Origin: Haliotis rufescens
Taxonomy: Eukaryota
Assembly: GCF_023055435.1 (NCBI RefSeq)
Contig: NW_025964361.1
Span: forward strand, 31,062,001-31,126,000
DNA length: 64,000 nt
Reading direction: 5' to 3'
This document shows positions 37,577 to 50,393 of the stretch, in pieces. The notes beneath the pieces are model-generated. The model was not told the DNA's origin. It did not search any database and saw only the letters and a list, made by a program, of their open reading frames with translations. Position 1 is the first letter of the stretch. The number at the start of each line of letters is the position of its first letter. A program made the position numbers and the translations under genes.

Positions 37577-40500
37577 CTACTCTGACTTCTTCTTGTCTTT
37601 CTTCTTCTTCTTTTTCTTCTTCTTCGACTTCTCTACGTTTTCCTCTTGTGGTGCTTTAGAAGTGTCTTCCGGGCTTGATTTGACTGAGCTGTCCGTGGTT
37701 CCTTGTTTCACTGCGCCAGCCTGTTCAGCTTTAACGAGACTTCCTGATGATGCCCCAGCAGGCGTAGTAACAGCAGCAGTAGTTACAGCTGTAGGTTCAG
37801 CTTTAGGAGCGGCGGTGGTAGCAGCTGTTGGTGCAGGTGTAGGGGGAGCAGTAGTAGTAGCAGCTGTGGGCGCAGGTGTAGGGGTAGCAGCTGTAGATGC
37901 AGGTGTAGTGGTAGCAGTAGTAGCAGGTGTAGACGCAGCTGTATTAGGAGCAGGAGTAGTAGCAGCAGCCGAGGGAGCGGTAGGAGGAGCAGTTGCAGCA
38001 GTTGTAGTAGTAGCGGAAGCCGATGGTGTACTTGAAGAAGCAGCTATCGGGGTGCTTGAGGCAGTAACTGGTGTCGTAGAAGCAGGTTTCGCTGTTGCTG
38101 CAGCTGTGGCAGTGGCAGTTGCAGCTGCGGCTGCTGGGATTGCATCAGGCGGTGGGCGTGATGTGGGTTCACTTGGTTTACTCTCAGGTTTAGGGTTATC
38201 CTGGACTTTACTGGGTGACTCCTTTGGCTTTTCTGGTGACTTGTCTGAACTTTTCTCTCCCTTCTTTGCCGCCGTGGATGTTTCGTTGACAGTTGTAACC
38301 ACTGCTGGTGCTACAATCGTGACATGTTTAACATGGCCATTGGTCGGTGTTTTACCGTTGGCAGTTGAGGTTTTGGAAGGATGTGTGGATTTCTTCCCAT
38401 CTGAAAAATAAATGTAAACTTTTGATTGTATCTGTACACAAGTTATGTAAATTTCATTTAGAACTTAAAATATGCAAGCGTTACACACGTCTCGCTCCTA
38501 AAACTGACAGTAGGGGTGTAACGAAAGCTCAAATTTAAACAACGACGCAGTGAGACTGTCCATGGTCCTATTACGTGAAGCAGATAAATCATGGGGACCG
38601 TCGTCGACGATCACGGTTTCGTTATATTTATCAAATTAAATCCTCAAATTACTTATAACCAACGTTGTATGCAATTCTTATTAAGATACATATTGATATC
38701 TATTCAAAACAATGGCAGCTGCATACAAAGCTACCTTCTTTAACTCTCTTACACGTTCCCTGAACCTAGACGCATTGGGTTTCACCTGATATGAAAAAAA
38801 TGATACTGTTCAGAAGGGCGTAAATCCCCATGCTGACACTCACTGACTCATTCACTGACTGACTCACTCACTCACTCACTCACAGGGAGCCACGAAATCA
38901 GCGCACCTGAGAGGTGAAGGTGAATATGATAGAGTATTAGTCCAATGCCCCCGATCGAATGCAACTGGAAGGGACATGGGTTGCGCGGTTGTCTAAGGCC
39001 TAGTTATTCGCTGTGCAGAGTCTATTGCGCGTGGAAGAACCCTATAACAGTGGGTTCAAATCCCAGATTCACCATGATGAGTGTTTCTAGGTTTGTCAGT
39101 ATCGTATCCGTGCTCGAGGGTTTCACCAAAGATACAAAACTTATAAATTCTGCATCATTTCGGCTGACACGTCGTGATGGAGTGAGTGAGTCGGGTTTAA
39201 CGCCGCTTTTAACAGTATTCCAGTTATATTACGGCGTGTCAGATTAATGTGGGAAGAGCCCAAAGTGATGCAGGTCTGAGACGTTTACGCCGTGATGTAT
39301 CTGAAGTACTATCATAAATGGCGTTAAACCAAATTTACGCACTTATCACTCAAACCAATTGTTTTTTAACTATATGTATATTACACTATCAATACGATAT
39401 TTATCAAGCAGAGAACATAACGGCCAGCATGCAGTTTAGAATTTGAAATGACATACCGTCTTGAACTGTATTCAATTTCTTGTTGCGCTTCTTCATTAAA
39501 AAGACAATGACAATAACAGCAATGGCTATCAGGATGAGGATACCAACAGCGGCTCCACCTGCGATGGCCCCGATGCCATCCTCCTCTTCATCTGAAGTTA
39601 TCGCTGGCAACAATCGATTGTGAAGAAGACATAAGTAAACAAGCTGACAAGGAATAGAATGACATCATCTTTGAAAGTGATCTTAACAACAAATGTCGTA
39701 CATATTAAAGTTTATATAATATATAATTCAACAATATTAGTACAAAGCAATAAATGTTAATGTTATGATAACCAACGCAGTTTAGGTTACATGCTGTTTT
39801 ATGTCCATGCATGCCTGAGTTAACTTAGATGTATTAAGTAGTACTTACGACACAGTTCTGAAATAGATAAGGAAATATTTGTTAATATGGATTCCACGAT
39901 CGATTTCTGAAACATGTTTATACACAACAGAATGTTTTCTATTTACAATCACAAAGCGTTGTAAAAAAATGCAGATGCATGGATACTTTCACTGTGGATA
40001 AATGATATCTGCACGATAATATGTGTTATGTTGTGTTCTAGTATCACCTTATACTCAAGTCACACTCAGGGATAGGTGAGCGTGGGGGGCACATACATGA
40101 CAATATTCTTTAATCTGTTAATTGTTATCAACATGTAATTAATATTACAATTTATCATCCGCACTCATCTATATGACGACGGTCTGCAAATAATGTCATT
40201 GACAACATGAGAAAAGATCCACACAAGCGGGATACGATCGCGATGACAATGTCGTTTGTTGTTTAACACCGGAGTCAGCAATATTCCAGCTATGTCACGG
40301 CGGCCTTCGAACCATATAGTGTAATCACAAGAGTAATTCCATCACTATCGAACGAACTGTGAATATGAGAGTCTTGACCAGTCACAAAGATGATTTGTAT
40401 TATGAGCATTACCCACGTCGTCTATGTACGATGACACGCAAGTCACCAAGACTGATCACCCGATCTACGTCGCCGTCTCCCACGGCAAGCAAAGGTTGCT

Positions 40501-43500
40501 GGGGATCTTTATTCGGCATCCCCACAGATACATTGTAAATATAAACAATGTACACGACAATTATTGTGTGAACTGGTATGAATACAATGTCTTGATTTGC
40601 ATAGACATATGCCCGTTCCTTACCCAATCAGAAGCTGGTATTTTAATGTTAAATATTCATTATAAATCAAACTTAAGAAACGTATAACATACCTAAAGGT
40701 ACCATTGAAAGCAAACCGCCTGGAGAGACACTTGATGCGACTTGATTAGCGAAACAGTCCTGAGGAGTGTACGAGGCTGACACCGTACCCCCGTTGTCTT
40801 CAAGTGCCTACATACAGAAAATAGTTATTGCTTCTTCATATGGTGAGTCTTGGTCTGTCGGCAACATATCCAGTTTATGGATTTCACTTAATTGGTAAAC
40901 GTTAACGACCTGTTTAACTGTGGACTTCCTCCCCCATCAGGCTGCCAAGCCGACATATGATGGAAATACTGTTGAAATGGCATCACAATTAACTCACCAG
41001 CTACAACGACCAACTCGCACAACAGATCACACCAGAAGACCTTCAATGAGTTGTCTTTCACACAACGATCACATACATTTCATGAGGTATAACATTTGTG
41101 TTAACAATATGGTGTGTTTCATCCCATACACAACACCAGTTGTAATTATCTTGGTCATCTTATCTTTGAAAATATATTTTCTTTAAATTCGGCAAAAATT
41201 TACAACATTAGTTTTCAAGTATGGTAAGGGGGTCATGTGGTTGCAAATTCATTTCTTACCCCAGTCTTCATTGAACCCAGCCACAAATTAGTTTTTACAA
41301 TCGGTTGCAGGAATGAGTGTTGGATAAATAGGCACAATCGAATCTAACTTTAGTTCTTTCAATTTTCAATTACACAAAATTCTTTCTTTTGACCCTCAGT
41401 TTATGTCAGATCCCACAAATACAACAATTACTGTGGAAGAATGGGTGTGTCACACGAGGTTCTACATACAAAACACACTGTCCTGATGGTGGTGGAGGAG
41501 AAGGTTCCTGTTCCGATCCAGGTCCACAGGTAGGTATTAGCTCCTCGTGTCACAGCGCCCATACACTCCAGGTTTCCGCTAGCTGAAGTAGTACAATGTA
41601 GCATGCTTCAGTTTGTGTTATGGGGGGTCCAGGGTTTCACACTATTTCTTTGAGTCCAAATCCGAAATATTACATTGTTAGCTAGCACTGTGCGGATATG
41701 TCACTCGTCAAACTGAAAAGCACTATTCTAAATGCTCGTATCATCCAAACATGAAATCCTAAGGGGAACGTTCCGCCTCGGCATGTTGCATGCGGTTACA
41801 GAAGGGACATTTAGCTGCCTCACATAATATGGACCAGGGTCTTGGACACGTACGTATACGCTTTCGTTCATGTATCGACGAATATTTAATGTGTAATTCC
41901 ACATAGGTTAAACTCTGCATGTAGTTTGCACAACATGGTTTGCGTTATTCATATGTCAGACTTGCTTGATATTTCGATTGTCCATGGGTCAGACTTACTT
42001 GACACATTGTTTGTCCATCCGTCATACTTTCTTGGCACTTCGTTTGTCCATCTCATACACTTACTTGACATTTTGTTCGCCCATCTGTCAGACTTACCTA
42101 ACAATTAGTTTGTCCATCTGTTAGACGTACCTAACATTTAGTTTTTCCTTCTATCACACTTATTTGACACATTGTTGACCCATCTGAAACACTTTCTTGA
42201 CACTTAGTAAAGCCATCTATCAGACTTACCTAACACTTAGTTTGTCCTTCTATTACACTTACTTGACACATTGTTGACCCATCTGTCAGACTTACCTAAC
42301 AGTTAGTTTGTCCATCTGTCAGATTTACCTAACATTAAGTTTGTCCATCTCTCAGACTTACTTGACACATTGTTGACCAATCTGTCAGACTTACCTAACA
42401 TTTAGTTTGTCCATCTGTCAGACCTACTTGACATTTAGTTTGTCCATCTGTCACACTTACTCGAGTATGCCACCTGATCCGCACATTGGACGTAGTCAAT
42501 GGCGATGTTAGTTCTCCCCGGACAGACAGCGAAACTAGAGTTGCCCGTACACTTCGTCCCATCGAAGGTGTAGTTGTAGTTGCCGTGGATGATACTGGGG
42601 CACGCCACGGCCATCTCCCCCGCGGTGTCGCCTTTGCCTGTCCAAGGATGTCAGATAAAAACTTTGATAATGGTATGTTGAGTTTAAATATATAATCATG
42701 ATGCTTGATAATGTAATCAAGTGCAGAGGTATAAGTCATTCCACTGATTGTAGACAGCGAAGCTGACGATAGTTTTCTTTTCTCTGAAATGATGAGTTAA
42801 ACATGTTTTGGGCTCACGTGTCATATTTTTTTCAGAACTTCCAGCATGCCCAGATATCGTTTTACTTCGCCACCTACACCTGGTGTCATAATTGATTTTC
42901 TGTGATCCATTGATATTATTTTGATCACTATTTTGTTTTCACTTCCAGCCTCTTTATGATGTTGTAAATGTGTGCCGAAAAAGGCAATTTTTCTTTGTCA
43001 AAGGTAAGATGTTTAGTAAGATACTCATCACCAATTGTGTGATGAATCTTTTAAATGTTTAAATGTTTTAAGTCAAATTATATTCTTTAAAAACGTCGTA
43101 TTCCTTGTGTGCTGACTAAGCGCCGCACAGTTCATTTTTGTAGATTTAATATCTCTAATTAAAGATAGTTTCAAATAATATTAAATCAAACAATTTAAGA
43201 TACAATCACCATAGAGGTAGCGTTTCTTTCGCTCCTCAGTTTATATTGGGGAAAAAATATATTTTTCTTCAGAATACCAAATGGTCAGCGACTTCTTCAT
43301 TATAAACTGCCAGGCACAAGAAAGTATACACTCATATTGCATGGTGGTTAAAATGACAAAATTGAAAAAAAATATTGGTTATTCGATGGTGATGTGTTTG
43401 ATGCAGGTATCACAGTTGTGTTTTGGATCTTACGTTTGCATTTTTTCGGTTACTCTTTTCAGCCAAGTGACGTTTTAATAATGATTGTAATTTTGGTCAA

Positions 43501-46500
43501 ATTCAATTTTCAAGTGTACACTTTCTTTTGTCCGGCGGTTTACATGACCTGACATCAGCCTTAACATATACAGGGCAATCTCTTGAAGTATATCATCATA
43601 TGTTTACAGTGTAAGTCAATATGCCTGTATGGGTGAATGTGTTACAGGTCATGATGCCATGATGGGATGTTGTCCTTCAAAGGGAGTAAAGGTGATACTG
43701 ACACAGCATAACGTCTATACAGAACAAAACCAGTTAACCAGCGATCTTGCTTGTGTCTACCCACCGCTTCTGTACATGATATTCGATCTGATCTCCGACG
43801 GTTGAAAGGCACACACGTCAAGTGATGTAAGCGTCGGGTTGATATCCACGAAGCCTTTCACAAGTGTCAGATCAACATCGCTTACCGAGATCTTTGAGCT
43901 GACATCTGCAAAGGAAATATCTAATGTCAACGAACAGGTTAATGTGTGGTGCAAATGAGAAGTACATCCAAGGAAAATAACACGTTTGTGAAACATCATC
44001 ACAATTTCCGCGCTAAAGAACCACAGGTACGAAACTCCACTTGTTATTTAAACAAAGCGACAAAGTCATTTCCATAATCGTAAGAAATCTCTGCTGAAAG
44101 CAGAGTCCATAGTACTATTCGCACTGTACCATGAGCATGAATACATTATGGATCACCATGAACTATTGATGATACCAGGTGTTCGCGAAAAGGCGATCCT
44201 GTCATTTTCCTTGGAAAACACGAATACATGCAAATGTCAGTCAATATTTTATTTGAAAAATAGTCAAAAGAGGTGATTACATTGTCTGTTTCCCTATGGA
44301 AAAGCATATACTTACTTGCTAGGTCTGTCATTAAGAAACTATTGGCGCCGAAGACTTCAATAGCGAGGCATAGATAGACGAACTGGTTATCCACGGTGTA
44401 GGCTCTCGGGAGATCCTGGCTAGACAGGGAGCATACATGCATCAGAAATAACCAACATAGTAGATGAACAACGTGTAGTATGTAGTAATTAAGACGACTG
44501 CGATACACAGAGGTTTGTTGGGAACTAGCAAACATACCAATAGGTTTCACTAATGTTACATATCAGTTTCTTAATCTCATTAAAACAACAGCATGTATTA
44601 TATAGATATCACACGTGTCTGTGAGGGCAACATGGAAATGGAAATCACACATGTCTATGAGGTCAACATGGAGATGTGAATCTCACGTGTCTATGAAGGC
44701 AATATGGAGATGTAAATCTCACGTGTCTATGAAGGCAACATGGAGATGGAAATCACACATGTCTGTGAGGTCATGATCAACATGGAGATGTAAATCGCAC
44801 GTATCTATGACGGCAAATTGGGGATGTAAATCACACGTGTCTATGAAGGTAACATGGAAATGTGCAAATCACACGTGTCTGTGAAGGCAACATGGAGATG
44901 TACGTAACACGTGTCTATGACGGCAACATGGACATGTACGCCCACGGTTCTGTTGATGGCAACATAGAGATATAAATCACATTTGTCTATGAAGGCAAAA
45001 TGGAGATATATATCACACGTGTCTATGAAGGAACATGGAGATGTAAATTACACGTGTCTATGAAGGCAACACGGAGATGTAAATCACACGTGTCTATGAA
45101 GCCAACAAGGAAATGGAAATCACATGTGTCTATGAAGGCAACATGGAGATGTAAATCACACGTGTCTATGAAAGCAATATGGAGATGTAAATCACACAAT
45201 TCTATGAAGGCAACATGGAGATGTAAATCACACGTGTCTATGAAAGCAATATGGAGATGTAAATCACACAATTCTATGAAGGCAACATGGAGATGTAAAT
45301 CACAAGTGTCTATGAAGGCAACAAGGAAATGTAAATCACACGTGTCTATGAAGGCAATATGGAGATGTAAATCGCACGTGTCTATGAAGGCAACATTGAG
45401 ATGGAAATCACACGTGTCTATGAGGTCATGATCAACATGGAGATGTAAATCACAAGTGTCTATGAAGGCAACAAGGAAATGTAAATCACACGTGTCTATG
45501 AAGGAAACATGGAGATGTAAATCACACGTCGTTATGAAGGCCACATTGAGATGCATCATTGAGAAAGTATGTTACTGCTATACAGACATACCAAGGTAAA
45601 ATTAAGTGGTCATACCAAACTGTAGGGACAAGATAGCTCCCAAAGGTAGAGAGATATGTAGTCTACCCAAGTCACATTGGGGCGACTCAATGAAGTAAAT
45701 AATAAACTGAAATGCTTGCAATACAGAGACGTTGCATGGGTACCTATGATGCATGTATTAAAACTATGTCTGAATAAGTAGGTGATATTGTCAGTACTTA
45801 CACAATAACATATGTGGCTCCATTTATCTCCTGGCATCTGAAATCATTGTAAAATTGTGTGCCGCTGTAATAGTTGAACCCTTGAAACGAACTGGACGAA
45901 ATTGTAAACGACTTGCCATCCCTTTCTCGTATCCAGGTGCCCCAGATGGAACTGGGGAAATTGCACTGGCTATCTGAAAAGTGTGAATAAAACTAATTAA
46001 CACACGGTATCTTTTGTCAGAGTCGAAAAGGCTCCATCCGATTTTGTTCTTGTGATAAACTGAAATCCTTTAAAAACACAGCATTTGTTTGTTTTTTAGT
46101 GTTGCCATGGAATGTTTATTATTGGTTCAGGAAATAAAGTGTTAAGGAGTATTGGACAATGTTCTAAACTTATATCTGTGAGTGTTACGAGTCTCAACAT
46201 CACAGCTGGAGCCAATGTATCTGGGTTTCTGTGTACCCAATCTNNNNNNNNNNNNNNNNNNNNNNNNNNNNNNNNNNNNNNNNNNNNNNNNNNNNNNNNN
46301 NNNNNNNNNNNNNNNNNNNNNNNNNNNNNNNNNNNNNNNNNNNNNNNNNNNNNNNNNNNNNNNNNNNNNNNNNNNNNNNNNNNNNNNNNNNNNNNNNNNN
46401 NNNNNNNNNNNNNNNNNNNNNNNNNNNNNNNNNNNNNNNNNNNNNNNNNNNNNNNNNNNNNNNNNNNNNNNNNNNNNNNNTGTGTATGTGTCCTCATACG

Positions 46501-48043
46501 TTCCGAGGATGAAAATGACCACGGTGGTAGTTGCATCTGACAATAAATTATGCAATATATTTAATGAGACAACACAAACACAGTATCTCAAGCGACATGA
46601 TGGAGTGGCTCGATCCTTTTATTACTGTCTTCGCAATGCTTGTGGTTTGACACAGAGGTCCACCTATAGTACGACCAGGAATATGTAGAGGGCGTCATGG
46701 AAAATATAGTTATAAAATCCTTTTGAATAGGCCCGTATACAGCCTCAGACCTATTCAGACCAACAAACCTGATCTTGTCCTGTTTGATAAATGCAATGAA
46801 ATCATTTATATCATTGAATCTTCTGTTCTTTTGACACTAATGTGATTAACAAGATTCAGGAAAAGCATGGCAAATATGCAGATCTCGCTTTCGAAATGTC
46901 ACGCTTGCATCCGAAGTAGTTGTCCGACTCCCCATTGTTCTCGGTGCCTTAGGTATGGTACCCCCTTAATCTGTTGACTGACATTGGGGGAGAACCCGGG
47001 TTTGTTGACAGGAATACAGCCCTTCTCACAATCTGGGTAATACAGAAGGCTGCAGTGTTGGTGAGTCTTCACATTCTCCGAAAAGTTGTAGATGGTTTCG
47101 ACTAGGCAGCGCTTCCTGGGAGAAGTCCAATTCGCTGTCTGGGCAGCGTGTAGAGGGGCCAAGGGTCCGGAGCTGATGATGACTCAAACCAGCCTGACTG
47201 TGCCAGGATCACCCCAACCCTCTTTGTTGCATTTACGTATTTATATCAGTAAACAATAATAATAATAACAAAAAGACAAAACATTTCCATAATCATAGTA
47301 AATCAGAGCGACAAAACCTTTTCCAAAGCTACAAGACATCTTTACTGAAAGCAGAGTCCATTATACGATTCCGAACATATCATGAGCATGTGTTTATACA
47401 TCACTGTCAAATGAAACTAGATGTTCGCGAACAGTTGAGAGTATCCTGCCCCGACCGTGCCACCGGTCACAAAGAACACATTTTGATTATATTAATGTGA
47501 ATGTCAGATAAGTACAATATGTATTTAATACTAAAATAAGTAATGAAAATATTTTTAGGACAGACAATGTACTGCAAAGCATTCTATTAAAATGTCATTA
47601 AAGATTGTTTATAAAATTTTATGTAGGAATATAAAATCGATCTCCCTCGAGTGAGACAACATGTTGTGTATAACTACTTCCAGTCTGCCGGAATCAGACT
47701 ACACTTTTCAGAAAAAGGCCGTGAGCATCCTAAAAAAGCATATTAAAAACATTCATTTTATTTTGTGACCTACAATGTCTATCATGAAAATATTATCTTT
47801 GTCAGGTCAGTTGGAGAGACAAGCAGATTAATCAACAAGAAAATACAAATATGCCCTGTATATTGCCTTTCACAGCAACGTTTACTGATCCATAACGGCA
47901 TGAACAGAGGAATAGCTTGTATTAAATAGAAAAAAATAATTAAAAGCTCGAAAACGAACAACGTATCAAGTTAAATACACACCACAGCCTTGAATGGACA
48001 AGACCACGATAATTATCCATAGAGCCAGGGGAGGAATATCCAT
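37577..48043 (-). CDS. Gene C: type I single-pass membrane protein, 620 aa; Cys-rich two-domain ectodomain plus Ala/Thr/Pro-rich cytoplasmic tail with poly-Lys end
   Basis: Exons (minus): 48043-47983 MDIPPLALWIIIVVLSIQGC; 45973-45802 SQCNFPSSIWGTW...FRCQEINGATYVIV; 44419-44316 QDLPRAY...FVYLCLAI...; 43905-43765 VSSK...LDVCAFQ...IMYRSG; 42637-42461 ...VACPSIIHGNYNYTFDGTKC...QVAYS; 41582-41470 SGNLECMGAV...RTVCF; 40807-40693 ALEDNGGTVSASYTPQDCFANQ...; microexon 39857-39849; TM exon 39603-39457 (AIAGGAAVGILILIAIAVIVIVFLM-KKR); terminal 38400-37577. Total 1863 nt, same intron phases as A and B. Confidence 0.88.
38970..39350 (+). mobile_element. Old SINE S3 interrupted by an inverted S3 3' fragment (39181-39286)
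   Basis: Head and body on plus, inverted tail fragment, then the remaining tail cgccgtgat...ggcgttaaac. Confidence 0.75.
39849..39857 (-). CDS. 9-nt microexon of gene C (E-L-C)
   Basis: ccttatctatttcag|AACTGTGTC|gtaagt; phase 1-1. Confidence 0.85.
41950..42460. repeat. 33-bp minisatellite (~15 copies) built from the gene C exon 5 splice donor
   Basis: Unit tttgtccatctgtcagacttac(c/t)t(a/g)aca..; the array abuts the exon end at 42461. Confidence 0.9.
43307..43540. mobile_element. ~235-bp Tc1-type MITE; related copies near 9160-9395, 11125-11355, 34110-34315, 35935-36320, 63055-63280
   Basis: TIR actgccaggcacaagaaagtatacact / agtgtacactttcttttgtccggcggt; shared core tggttattcgatggtgatgt. Confidence 0.8.
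44608..45555. repeat. 36-bp minisatellite, ~26 copies, in gene C intron 2
   Basis: Unit atggagatgtaaatcacacgtgtctatgaaggcaac. Confidence 0.95.
46244..46480. other. Assembly gap (237 N)
   Basis: Run of n. Confidence 1.
46481..47268 (+). mobile_element. 3' end of an R4/Dong-like non-LTR retrotransposon (restriction-like endonuclease), degenerate
   Basis: Frameshifted motifs YLKRHDGVA, NKPDLVLFDK...IYIIE, EKHGKYADLAFEM, PIVLGALG, IQKAAVL...HILRKVV; ends in (TAA)n. Confidence 0.8.
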
Positions 48044-49778
48044 GATTGAAGTCACCAAATCATGAAGAGTTGTACTGCAGTCCGACACAGGTTATCCCAA
48101 AGGCTGTATTCCAGTCACTGTGTGCGTCCATGCATATCAACGACGTAGGCCTGGCGACAGTTCCTGACTGTGGCTTTATCGCCTTTGCCACGCTGACTCA
48201 ATGGAAGGGTAGGGACTTCTTTCACCAATGGCATTTGTCAGTCTGGACAGAAATTCTTATACATGTACTTGAATTATCTATTAGCTTCGTGATTCACGAT
48301 GTTTAGATTGAAAGATTCGTGTACAATAGTTGGGAAGGTGAAAATATATTTGTTCCTGACAGAGACTATTTGCTTGACGATGTGAATAACATTACTTTTC
48401 GTTATTCATCGTACTATCATTGTGGTGACAGTAGTCGTACTTTTTGTCATTACTGTATCAATCATTATTCATGAAAATCGTTGGATGTCGAAATATGTTT
48501 TATCCTATTTAATCAAGCTCTCCATGGGTGGACATGAAAGAAGTCATTCTGTCTCAAAGATATTGTCTATATCAACAAAAAGTCTAAAATCAAGTGAATA
48601 ACATGTTTGGTATATCTGCCAAAACATATTCCATAATCATATTTAGAAGCTAAGCAGTTGAGAAGTGTAGACGCCAGAAGCTAGAACTGATGGTATGTTG
48701 CTCGCGTTTTAGGGGAAATTAACGACTGGAAAGTCTAAAATATCCATCTCGCCGTACAGCTTGGTACAGAGGTTGAAACTTTAATCTCTATACACAGATC
48801 CAGATTGGACACTGAATCGGGTTTATCGGGTGTTCCTTTGATTTCCAACCCTGGTAGGTAGATGAGGTGAAGATACCCATTTAACTTGGTATTGTTGAAC
48901 GAAGAGAGGTCATCTAAATATCTGGATGTTTATATGGGTGTATACTTTCTTGTGCCCGGCAGTTTAGAAACGTTGTAGACCAAGATTAAAAGTACTTCTC
49001 ACCACAACGGACATTTGTCGGTAAGAAGAACTCGAAGCTATGGTGTATCACAGATCAACACTGTAGTCGCGAGGACGTGTGCCGAGGAATGTCTTTACGT
49101 ATATTGACTAGCTCATAAATCTCCAGGCTTCATTGAAAGAAAGATCTGACATAGTGATTGATTTGTAAACAGTTGCATGGTGATATTTGCATTGCTATGT
49201 TGTGTACACCATAATCTCCTAACACAAACATTGATATAATATCGATCTGTTTAGAGAGCATTTCTATGATGTTCCATTCTCTATAATTTGTGTCTGACCT
49301 AACATAACATAACAGTAACATAACTGTAAAGTATTTGTTTTAGATTCTTGCTTGTGGAGTGTTATAACGATATATTTTCCGATTTTAGTATGCTGCCTTC
49401 ATGGTGAGCCTACACATTGTTGTTTCATCTTATTTAATTGTACTTTATATAATATTATTTTAACCCTACCAAAACATTATAATAACAGTCAATAACCTGT
49501 CATCAGAATGGTACGCAGCGCATAGTCTTATCATCAAAGTATTTTATTTCTTGTTTTAGTATGACGTGGTGAAATATTGTATTTATCAGAAAATATATGA
49601 TCGAAATCTCACTCGAATGAAATAACAGTTAATGCGGAACTTATTCACTGTGGTTTACAGGGAAAGACTTAAGAATCAGCAAGAAAATACATAATGAATA
49701 GCACATTCGTTTTTTTCGAAAATAACATGTTTATCTCATTTCGTGACCTGACAATGCCATCCTGAAATTTTTAACTTT

Positions 49779-50110
49779 GTCAGGGCAGTTGAATATACAA
49801 ACATGTTACTCAACAAGAAAATACAAAGACCCTCTATGTATCATATGTTTACAGCAAGGTTTACTGAGAAACAGTTTACATGATCCATAACGGCATTACC
49901 AGCGCAATAACTGCTATTAAAACGAAACAAATTTACATGATTACATTCTATACTCATTGTCGATTTACGTTTTGCTAGCGGTTACACGCGGCATAATCAC
50001 TAATTAGACATGTAATTAGAAATATTTGCAACTTGTCAGTGCTATTACCGATATAAGAAACATCAGATGGTGACACAACAACGTGCAACATGTACTGAAA
50101 TGTCAGGTGA
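49779..50110 (+). repeat. ~333-bp near-identical direct duplication (second copy 54732-55065; diverged partial copy ~47765-47930)
   Basis: gtcagggcagttgaatatacaaac...gtactgaaatgtcaggtga occurs at both positions. Confidence 0.9.
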
Positions 50111-50393
50111 ATGAATGCGTGAAGGTCGATTATATGCGTGTTTCCACTGATGCCTTTGATTGTGATTGTTTAAAATTTAGCAGATTGGCATGGAGCATGA
50201 AGATATATTGCAGAATGTCATATTTCTTAGAGAACCTAACATGGTACATATTTTCAACATATGCCATGAGTCGAGCATGAAATTTCTTTCAGTACATTCA
50301 TTTCAGTTTTATTTTCCAAGTGAATTGCAACAGAAAAACGTCCAAAAGTTACTATAACTTAATATAGTATCAAGGTTATTTGGTAGCGGGCAG

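Noticed and set aside
37557-38411. 284-aa Val/Ala/Gly-rich ORF on the plus strand
   Set aside because: Antisense shadow of the low-complexity terminal exon of gene C, which has splice-site and phase support.
45000-45559. ORFs on both strands with 12-aa repeats (WRCKSHVSMKAT / HVAFIDTCDLHL)
   Set aside because: Product of a 36-bp intronic minisatellite; neighbouring units have frameshifting indels and the flanking exons join in phase without it.
46096-46688. Long ORFs spanning X runs
   Set aside because: Artefacts of translating the N gap.
47170-47195. CTGATGA hammerhead-like core (also at ~13552)
   Set aside because: No properly placed GAAA or stems II/III could be found.
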